Positions 6,430 through 13,538 of a DNA stretch of 15,840 nucleotides are shown here, in pieces (the first letter of the stretch is position 1; every line of letters starts with the position of its first letter). The notes below the pieces were generated by a model. The model made no database searches. It saw only the letters and a program-made list of their open reading frames with translations, and was not told the DNA's origin. The stretch is taken from the IMG/VR virus record IMGVR_UViG_3300033892_000023, positions 1 to 15,840 of that record. One strand, written 5' to 3'. A program made the translations under genes and the position numbers.

Positions 6430-8130
6430 ATGAGTTTGCCATATAAAGTACGTTTTAAATTGCCACTTGAGTTTCTGACACTGCAAGACTGGAATAACTT
6501 TGTGCAAAATTTATTATTTATTAATCAATATGGTCCTGCTAAACTTCTCCAGTATTATCAAAATGGCAATTTTCAGAATCTGGATGAAGTTATTGCAAAA
6601 TATTTATATGTTTCAGCGTTAAAAGCTAAAGGTTATAATGTTCTTCATAATTTATCACAACCTCAAGCTTATACATTTGGTGAAGGAAATCAACAGCCAT
6701 TTAAAAGCATGGCAAATAAGCCAATAATTCAACTGAAGTCTGTAATATTTCCAATTCTAAATTTTCAGATACAATTATCTAAAGTTAGTAAACAATTACA
6801 ATTATTAATTCCTAAAGTAATTTCTAAAATTGTAACTCCAAATCAAATTGCTGGAACACAATTTACATTTTCAGGAACTTCAAATGTACAAACATTAATA
6901 GAAGATTATTTAGATCCATCATATTTACAAACTTGGAGAGAAATAATAATACAAAATCTAGGCAGTTCTGTAGTTCAAATTAATAATTCTATCTATCTAA
7001 TGCCTAAAAATTGTTTAAAGATAACTGTAAGTTCACCAAGTGAAATTCAATTAACCGCACAAACTCCAACTTTGCTAAGTGAAGAAATTGAATTTGTTGG
7101 AATTCCTATAACATTTTATACAATTACAATAACAAATTCACAGAGTGATCCAACTCCTTCACCATTTCAACAATTGTTAAATTTGAATTTATCATCTATA
7201 TTATCTAGCTCGTCTCAACTTTTAAATTTACAATTTTGCTTAGATGTTAATTGCAATACTCCATTATATGCATGGATTGAAAGTTTCAATTCTAATTTAT
7301 CAAGTGTTTATATTTGGATTAATTTGCCAACTTCAATTCCGGCTAATTCATCAATTACAATTTATATGTTTGTTAGAAATTCAATTCAGTATCCTTATAC
7401 TGGAATGAGACCAGATTTATCCGCGAGTTATGCACAATATGATAATGGAAAAAATATATTTTTAATTTATTTTAATGGTAATGAACCATTATCTAATTTT
7501 AATAATCAAGGAAATTCATTAACTCAAATATCTACAACTGGGCCGTTAGGAAATACAATAAATGCAATTTATATAAGTGGTTATAATTCACATTTTGGAT
7601 TTGTATATACTGCAAAATCTATACCAAATCAAGCAGTAATTGCAGAATCATCAGTGATAGATCTAGGAAATCAAACAGGCGGATTAAATGCAGATAATGG
7701 ATTTTCTTCTATAGTTGATAGTACTTCAATTGGTAATTTAAACGCAATAAGTGTGGATATGGGGTATTCTGGTTCTTATTTTTCTAATGATTACTTTATA
7801 AGTGGAACTCAAACTTCTGATTTAAACCCAGCAGGAACTGCAGTATCACAGTGGCTTTATGCATGGGTCGTATATTCTGGAACATCAAGTACTTCATGGT
7901 ATGGATGTATAGCACCACAACTTTATAGTTCTTCAGGCGGTTATTGTGGTACAGTTGGCAATAATCCATTTTCTAGTTCTTCTCAACTATATTTAGGTAT
8001 AATTGGTAGTGTAAATTCTAGTTATCAGTGGCAAACTGCATGGAATTTTATGAGATTAAGAGCTTATCCTCCAAACGGTACAATGCCTTCAAATTCTCAA
8101 CCGCAAAAAACAATAATTCTAGTAAGTTGA
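6430..8130 (+). CDS. Virion structural protein (SIRV ORF564-like) with a C-terminal DUF2341/lectin-like beta domain, 566 aa
   Basis: Synteny and size. The DUF2341-like segment reads ITITNSQ..PTPSPFQQLL...LYAWIE...IWINLP.SIPANSSITIY...YDNGKNIF, and the C-terminus is S/T/N/G-rich. Confidence 0.8.
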   Translation: MSLPYKVRFKLPLEFLTLQDWNNFVQNLLFINQYGPAKLLQYYQNGNFQNLDEVIAKYLYVSALKAKGYNVLHNLSQPQAYTFGEGNQQPFKSMANKPIIQLKSVIFPILNFQIQLSKVSKQLQLLIPKVISKIVTPNQIAGTQFTFSGTSNVQTLIEDYLDPSYLQTWREIIIQNLGSSVVQINNSIYLMPKNCLKITVSSPSEIQLTAQTPTLLSEEIEFVGIPITFYTITITNSQSDPTPSPFQQLLNLNLSSILSSSSQLLNLQFCLDVNCNTPLYAWIESFNSNLSSVYIWINLPTSIPANSSITIYMFVRNSIQYPYTGMRPDLSASYAQYDNGKNIFLIYFNGNEPLSNFNNQGNSLTQISTTGPLGNTINAIYISGYNSHFGFVYTAKSIPNQAVIAESSVIDLGNQTGGLNADNGFSSIVDSTSIGNLNAISVDMGYSGSYFSNDYFISGTQTSDLNPAGTAVSQWLYAWVVYSGTSSTSWYGCIAPQLYSSSGGYCGTVGNNPFSSSSQLYLGIIGSVNSSYQWQTAWNFMRLRAYPPNGTMPSNSQPQKTIILVS

Positions 8131-8137
8131 TGTAAAA

Positions 8138-9673
8138 ATGTCTTCAACTTACTGCGTTCAATTACCAGAAAATCTTTTATTATTGTCTATGACTACTGTA
8201 AATCCTGTAAATTTTACATCTTTACAATTTTCATTATCTGTAAATTCATTAGTTATTTTTCTATTTTCAAAATATCCATTTAATTCTGGTTATTACAATA
8301 ATTTTTGTATAAATCAAGATGAATTTGGATTTGCACAAGTTGGACAAACTTTCAATATAGATCTATCAAATTATCAAGGATATTATATGCTAATGTTAAT
8401 TTATCCACAAGGAATTAATTTAAAGAGTTCTAAAAGTTGTGTCTCGATTCAAGGTTTAACTATGACTTTTCAGAATACAACAATTTCACCAATTACAAGT
8501 GAAACTGTAATTAACAATTTTGATGGTCAAGAAGAAACCGGATTTTGTACATGTTATGATGGTCAAAGTCATGTAATAGAAATTCTATGTAATAATTCAA
8601 ATTATGTTTCTGCTATTTTATTAAATAATTTAAATAATCAATTACTAATAATGACTTGTCAAGGATTTGTATATGAAAATAATACAACTGTAGGATTTAT
8701 AACGCCAAGTACATGTGGTACTTTTGGTTCATATTTAACAGCAGAAATAACATTTATTGCAAATCAATCAGTTATAGATTTTCTAAATAATAATAATATC
8801 TCTTATAATATTTTATCATCTACTGAATGTCAACCAACTTATAAATTATTACCATGTACTTTACCATGTAAATCGTTTTACCAAATTACAAAATTATTAT
8901 CTCCACCAACTAAATATTCTATAATATCTTCAAAATTATGGAATGAAATTGTACAAGACCTATATCTAACTTATAGTGTATTTAAATATATTAATTATTT
9001 AACACAATATGCATATTTAGACTATATATATCCTACAATTTTAGACTTTTATAATTTCTATGAGAACTTTCAACCATATCCATTTACTCAATTATTGTAT
9101 GCACAAAAAGGAATTCCATTAACTGTAAACGATTTTAACAAATTAATAGATGCAATTGTAAAATTAGCAAATGAAAATGATATAAAATTGAAAAAAGGAC
9201 TTTCTTATGTTCAGCGTGATCAAGTCGTAAGAGCTTCACAATTTGCAAATATAGTTTATAATGTTAATCAATTTCTAACTTTTAATTATAATCAATATTT
9301 TCTATTAGATTGTAATGGATCAATTTTCTCGAATTTATTGAATAAACAAAATACATTTTTAAATGTCATAATTAATAATTTAGTAGCTTCACTTAATATT
9401 CCTTCAAACGTTTATATTAAAAACTTATTAATATATACTTCAAATCAAACTATTTATAATTATGGTGTAATAAATAAATTAATAATTAATATTAATAACG
9501 GCGAAATTTATCTTAATGGAAATTCATTTATAAATTTTCTACTTATAACTGACAATAATAACAATATTTATGTAAATGATAATTCAGTAATAAACAATTT
9601 AATTTGTATTAGCAATACTGGAACTATAAATATCTCACCAAATGCAATAATTAAAAATAATCAATGTGCTTAA
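8138..9673 (+). CDS. Conserved rudiviral protein (SIRV1 ORF510-like), probable virion or adhesion protein with an Asn-rich C-terminal beta-solenoid, 511 aa
   Basis: Starts 7 nt after the ORF566 stop (operon). Cys-containing N-terminal domain and C-terminal repeats such as INKLIININNGEIYLNGNSF / INFLLITDNNNNIYVNDNSV / INNLICISNTGTINISPNAI. Confidence 0.7.
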   Translation: MSSTYCVQLPENLLLLSMTTVNPVNFTSLQFSLSVNSLVIFLFSKYPFNSGYYNNFCINQDEFGFAQVGQTFNIDLSNYQGYYMLMLIYPQGINLKSSKSCVSIQGLTMTFQNTTISPITSETVINNFDGQEETGFCTCYDGQSHVIEILCNNSNYVSAILLNNLNNQLLIMTCQGFVYENNTTVGFITPSTCGTFGSYLTAEITFIANQSVIDFLNNNNISYNILSSTECQPTYKLLPCTLPCKSFYQITKLLSPPTKYSIISSKLWNEIVQDLYLTYSVFKYINYLTQYAYLDYIYPTILDFYNFYENFQPYPFTQLLYAQKGIPLTVNDFNKLIDAIVKLANENDIKLKKGLSYVQRDQVVRASQFANIVYNVNQFLTFNYNQYFLLDCNGSIFSNLLNKQNTFLNVIINNLVASLNIPSNVYIKNLLIYTSNQTIYNYGVINKLIININNGEIYLNGNSFINFLLITDNNNNIYVNDNSVINNLICISNTGTINISPNAIIKNNQCA

Positions 9674-9675
9674 TA

Positions 9676-9721
9676 TAGAACTTTTACATATTCGGTTTTA
9701 ATTTTAAATTAAAAAGTTCTA
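9676..9721. terminator. Inverted repeats in the convergent intergenic gap, a possible bidirectional terminator
   Basis: TAGAACTTTT (9676-9685) pairs with AAAAGTTCTA (9712-9721). TTTTAATTT-T-AAATTAAAA (9696-9714) is a second palindrome. Confidence 0.4.
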
Positions 9722-9742
9722 AATTTGACCTCATAATGTAGT

Positions 9743-10285
9743 TCATAACTTGCAAAATACAAATTCTTTATTATCATCAGTTATAAAAGTTAGAACTGTT
9801 CCGTATAATTTTCTCATTAATTCAAAACGATTTTCTGTCCAATCATGAATAGCTATACAATATTGTTTGTATTTTTGTAATTGAGAAAAATCAAGTTTAC
9901 TTTCACTTCGTTCACCGCTTTGCGGTTCACTTCGTTCAGCCTTAACTTCAAGTAACTTGGCTTCACATCCCTCACAATCCATAACTAAAATATCAGCATT
10001 TGGATATTCTTTTCCAGTCCATTCGCCGTAAACTTCAACTTTATCACAAATATTGAATTCTTTACAAACCTTTTCTTTAAATCGTTTATTCAGCTCATCA
10101 CTTTTTTCATAACCAATTATTTTCTTTGCACCTTTAAGTAAAAAATATAAAGCTGAACTACCGCAATCATTTCCAATTATTATAATTGTCTTATCTTTAA
10201 CATCTAATTTTCCATATGCTAAATCAAATTCGTGCCAATAACAACATTCTAATTTACAAAAATAATCTTTATAATTTATACTCAT
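9743..10285 (-). CDS. SAM-dependent methyltransferase, FkbM-like (SIRV ORF158b-like), 180 aa including an apparent 20 aa insert
   Basis: Motif I-like IIIIGNDCGSSALYF, GAKKIIGYE and VMDCEGCE (FkbM K-D-EG-E-like). An SD-like GAGGCG lies upstream. Confidence 0.82.
   Translation of the reverse strand: MSINYKDYFCKLECCYWHEFDLAYGKLDVKDKTIIIIGNDCGSSALYFLLKGAKKIIGYEKSDELNKRFKEKVCKEFNICDKVEVYGEWTGKEYPNADILVMDCEGCEAKLLEVKAERSEPQSGERSESKLDFSQLQKYKQYCIAIHDWTENRFELMRKLYGTVLTFITDDNKEFVFCKL
9902..9961. repeat. 60 bp GC-rich in-frame insert of nested direct repeats and palindromes
   Basis: TTCACTTCGTTCA occurs at 9902-9914 and 9926-9938. Palindromes are ACCGC-TTT-GCGGT (9914-9926) and CAAGT-A-ACTTG (9949-9959). 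28 of 60 bases are G+C. Confidence 0.7.
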
Positions 10286-10294
10286 AATATCGCC

Positions 10295-10477
10295 TCAATC
10301 GAATAATCTAGCATTTTTTTCATAAAGACTATTACATGTTGAATAACAATCATTAACGTCATCTGGAAATTCTTTTTTCTCGCATTCCTCATAACATTCA
10401 TGAACAATCTTATTTAAACATATAAAATCTGCACATTCTCTAAATTTTTCTATAAAATAACTCCACATTTTTATCAC
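10295..10477 (-). CDS. Small Cys-rich hypothetical protein (60 aa; Cx4C, Cx3C, Cx3C)
   Basis: The GTG start overlaps the ORF269 TGA stop (GTGA coupling; alternative ATG at codon 4). The stop sits next to the SD of the methyltransferase. Confidence 0.65.
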   Translation of the reverse strand: MIKMWSYFIEKFRECADFICLNKIVHECYEECEKKEFPDDVNDCYSTCNSLYEKNARLFD

Positions 10478-11283
10478 GAACTTATAACTTCAAATAATGC
10501 ATAAACTTTTGCTTTTCCAGTAGCCCATACGTAAACATTTGCGGGATTATTTACATGTATTTCCAAACTATCATTTTGTAGAATTGGAAAATTATTATAT
10601 AATTGATTTCCAATATAAACTATATAATTACTAAGATTTTGTAAAATTATTCTTACAGTTTCTATAGATGGACCGGAATAAAGTGGACTTGGAGTTGTAG
10701 AAACATCAAGTTGAAGACCTTCAATAGTCGGCGGTGATAAATACAAACTTAATTTATTTATTGTATTAGCTAAACCAACTGTAGCTAAATATACATAGTC
10801 AAGTACATATTCTATAGAATTCGCAATAACATAAATTGCATTTTGTAATGAAATTCCTAATTTTTTAGAAATTGAATTTATCAAAATATAAAATGACTCA
10901 TAAAAGTTATCAAAATTTTGTGTAAGTGTATTACTAATTTGATTAGGTAATTTGATAATTGAGTAATATAATTGTTCATTTGAATATAAAATTAAATTTA
11001 TTTGTTGTTGAGCAGTTGAAATAAATCCAGCGATATAAATTGGATCTAGTTCTGTTAAAACTGGCTGACCAGCTATATAAATTTCATCATAGAAAAATCC
11101 AGAACTAGCATTTATAGAGCCTGGAATTGTTAGATTTCCATTTTTTAAAATTGAAGTTAATGCATTACCTCCAGTTTCATAAAGCTGAATTAAAAGAAGA
11201 TTTGCGGTATTCCACATTGAAGAAGTTAAACGCTGAAATGGTGAAGCTAATAAACTTGAAATTGAAGCATACGTTATACTCAT
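10474..11283 (-). CDS. Conserved rudiviral protein (SIRV ORF269-like), paralogous to the N-terminal part of ORF566, probable virion component
   Basis: 269 aa, synteny, sequence blocks shared with ORF566 and a shared promoter element. Confidence 0.78.
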   Translation of the reverse strand: MSITYASISSLLASPFQRLTSSMWNTANLLLIQLYETGGNALTSILKNGNLTIPGSINASSGFFYDEIYIAGQPVLTELDPIYIAGFISTAQQQINLILYSNEQLYYSIIKLPNQISNTLTQNFDNFYESFYILINSISKKLGISLQNAIYVIANSIEYVLDYVYLATVGLANTINKLSLYLSPPTIEGLQLDVSTTPSPLYSGPSIETVRIILQNLSNYIVYIGNQLYNNFPILQNDSLEIHVNNPANVYVWATGKAKVYALFEVISS

Positions 11284-11306
11284 ATGTTTATATACTTAAA
11301 TTGTAG

Positions 11307-11349
11307 TAAAAATAAACTCATAACTTATATATCATATTATGTATATAGC
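11307..11349 (-). promoter_or_regulatory. ORF269 promoter, near copy of the ORF566 upstream element
   Basis: The minus strand reads CTATATACATAATATGATATATAAGTTATGAGTTTATTTTT, against CTATATACATTATATTATGTATAAGTTATGTGTGTTTATTTTT at 6365-6407. Confidence 0.65.
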
Positions 11350-11414
11350 TTGATCTAATTGATCTTATACCGAATTAGCAATATTTTAATTTGTCATGAA
11401 CTTGAGAAATAATT

Positions 11415-12020
11415 ATGAAAATCTTTACTTTTGTTGGATTTACAAAGCATTTAGAAGAATTGGATTTTGATTATGTTGTAGTAGATAAAACTTTTAATGA
11501 TTTAACTCCCCAGTTAAACGCAAAATTTACAGATAAGATAATCTGGAATGAAACAAATAGTGACATAAGATGGGTCAGAATTGCAAAACAACTATTAAAA
11601 ATTCTAGAAATAGCAAAAAAAGAAGATGACGACATATTCGCTATAGTAGATAGTGATCTAATTGTTCCAAATTTGAGAAATATTGATCCTAACGATAAAA
11701 TATTGACTTTGTGCTATTGGCTTTATTATTCGTGGGCTAATGAGATTAGGCCATTTTGTTCAGGAACAAACTACATTTTCAACTTTGAACAAATTCCATA
11801 TTTAGAATATGCAATAAACGAATATATAAAATTGGAATATTATAAAGAAATACCAGTTGATATATTTCTACATGATCATATCTTGCATATAAATGTACTG
11901 AAATTAAGAACTATACATTATGTAAAAACTCCAGAAGGCGAGAAAAAAATGGAATTTAAACTAGAAGATATTCCCCAAATTGTAAAGCATATTCCAGAAT
12001 TTGTTTTAATATCTTGGTAA
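11415..12020 (+). CDS. Glycosyltransferase, GT-A-like (SIRV ORF176/209-like), 201 aa
   Basis: VVVDKT first-strand motif, FAIVDSDLIV DxD motif, CSGTNYIF and PVDIFL. A GTC promoter motif at 11393 lies 22 nt before the ATG. Confidence 0.72.
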   Translation: MKIFTFVGFTKHLEELDFDYVVVDKTFNDLTPQLNAKFTDKIIWNETNSDIRWVRIAKQLLKILEIAKKEDDDIFAIVDSDLIVPNLRNIDPNDKILTLCYWLYYSWANEIRPFCSGTNYIFNFEQIPYLEYAINEYIKLEYYKEIPVDIFLHDHILHINVLKLRTIHYVKTPEGEKKMEFKLEDIPQIVKHIPEFVLISW

Positions 12021-12021
12021 A

Positions 12022-13104
12022 ATGAGTGGTGAGACTAAATTGTCAAATATAATTTATTACGTTTATCCACAACATCATGACGTTAGTTTCAAATTTGTAG
12101 CTAAAGAACATATAAAAATGTTAAAAGAAAAATATACAGTTTATGAAATTCCAACTTTATCATTCTATCAATTTACCCCATTCAGAAATCCAATTTCTAT
12201 AATCCATCCATTTTTTTACAGTATGTGGCATTGGGGAAAAGTAGAATTTTCATTCTTTGAACAATATAGATCTAAAGTTAGTGCAATTGTTGGAGTTGAA
12301 GTAGCTGACAGTGATAGAATTTCAGAAAAATTCATAGATTATGCTAATAATTACGCTGATAGACTAATTGGAAATTCTGAATGGACATTAAACGCTTTTA
12401 AAAATTCTGGACTAAAAATTCCAATTTATAAAGTTGTACATAATTTTAATGAGAGATTATTGGCAAAAGATAATGAGTTAAAAATTGATGAACAAGTTAA
12501 ATATATTGAAAAAGTTAAAAATGAGAAGAAAATAAAACTAATCTTCATTTCCCTTTGGCATTCTGATTTTAGGAAAGGGGCCGATTTATTTCATGTTATA
12601 GCAAAGGAATTACAAAAAGAAAGAGATGATATCTATTTCCTAGTAAAATCAGGCGGGCCTAGAACAGATTTTCAAGATTTGAAAATGTTTAATCTCACGG
12701 GAAATACAGACTTTGATAATATAGTTAAAATGTATAGAATATCAGATTTGTATTTATTAACTAGTAGAGGCGGTAGTTTTGAATTAAATGGACTAGAGGC
12801 ATTTATATCTAAAATTCCAACAATTGCCACAAAAGGCGGGGCATGGGAAGAATATTTTCCTAACACTTTGAAAGATTTACTAGTAGATTCTTGTAGATTT
12901 CCAGACGTTTTATGGAATAATCCAATTCATATTGGTCAAGGAGTAGAAATGTGCATGGATAAAGCAGTAGAAAAAATATTAGAAGTTTTAGATAAATTAG
13001 ATGAATATAAGGCAAAAATTGAAGAAAACTATAACTTTTGGTTAGAAAACTTTAGTTATGAAACTGTAAAAAAACAATTATTTAACGCTTTGACTTTTAC
13101 TTAA
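12022..13104 (+). CDS. Glycosyltransferase, GT-B fold (GT4-like; SIRV ORF356-like), 360 aa
   Basis: NSEWT, RKGADL, DLYLLTSRGGSFELNGLEAF and PTIATKGG motifs. 1 nt gap after the upstream GT. A TTG at 12040 behind an SD-like GGTGA is an alternative start. Confidence 0.88.
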   Translation: MSGETKLSNIIYYVYPQHHDVSFKFVAKEHIKMLKEKYTVYEIPTLSFYQFTPFRNPISIIHPFFYSMWHWGKVEFSFFEQYRSKVSAIVGVEVADSDRISEKFIDYANNYADRLIGNSEWTLNAFKNSGLKIPIYKVVHNFNERLLAKDNELKIDEQVKYIEKVKNEKKIKLIFISLWHSDFRKGADLFHVIAKELQKERDDIYFLVKSGGPRTDFQDLKMFNLTGNTDFDNIVKMYRISDLYLLTSRGGSFELNGLEAFISKIPTIATKGGAWEEYFPNTLKDLLVDSCRFPDVLWNNPIHIGQGVEMCMDKAVEKILEVLDKLDEYKAKIEENYNFWLENFSYETVKKQLFNALTFT

Positions 13105-13455
13105 AAAATCATAAATTTTTAGTAATGCTTCAATATTTTCTTCTCTCTTTAACTTTTTTATCTCTCTTATTATTTCATCATAAATATTATTAATTTTAAT
13201 CAATTCCAAAACTTCTTTAATTAGCAGAATTGAAAACCTATGAGATTGTTGAACTATAACATAAATTTTTCTTGCTAATTTTTCAGCATCAAATTTGTCA
13301 TATTCAATTGAAAGTTCAACATCTGAATATTTTGCGGTAACATTATTTTCATAAAGAGTCAAAAAAAGTTTATATTTGTCTTCTACAATTACTTCAGCTT
13401 GATTATCATTTATCTTAACTATCACGTTTTCTCTTAACTTAAACTCCTTAGTCAT
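13078..13455 (-). CDS. Hypothetical protein, ~125 aa (MTKEFKLRENV...), beta-rich N-terminus and helical C-terminus
   Basis: The ATG at 13455 lies 23 nt after the G of a minus-strand ATAAATGTCATAAAA motif (G at 13478). It overlaps the GT stop convergently. Confidence 0.7.
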   Translation of the reverse strand: MTKEFKLRENVIVKINDNQAEVIVEDKYKLFLTLYENNVTAKYSDVELSIEYDKFDAEKLARKIYVIVQQSHRFSILLIKEVLELIKINNIYDEIIREIKKLKREENIEALLKIYDFLSKSQSVK

Positions 13456-13469
13456 CAATATAATATATA

Positions 13470-13525
13470 TTTTATGACATTTATATTTCTTTAAATTTCG
13501 AGTAAATCTTAAATTGGTCATAAAA
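13470..13525. promoter_or_regulatory. Divergent GTCATAAAA promoters for ORF125 (minus) and the transporter-TGT operon (plus)
   Basis: TTTTATGAC (13470-13478) and GTCATAAAA (13517-13525), each preceded by a TATA-like T/ATAAAT on its own strand. Confidence 0.62.
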
Positions 13526-13538
13526 TCGGTTCAATAAT

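Noticed and set aside
12672-12866. 64 aa minus-strand ORF
   Set aside because: Entirely antisense to the conserved GT-B glycosyltransferase.
13456-13521. 22 aa N-terminal extension of the 147 aa ORF
   Set aside because: It spans the divergent promoter region, and its ATG is just the reverse complement of the CAT in the transporter's GTCATAA motif.
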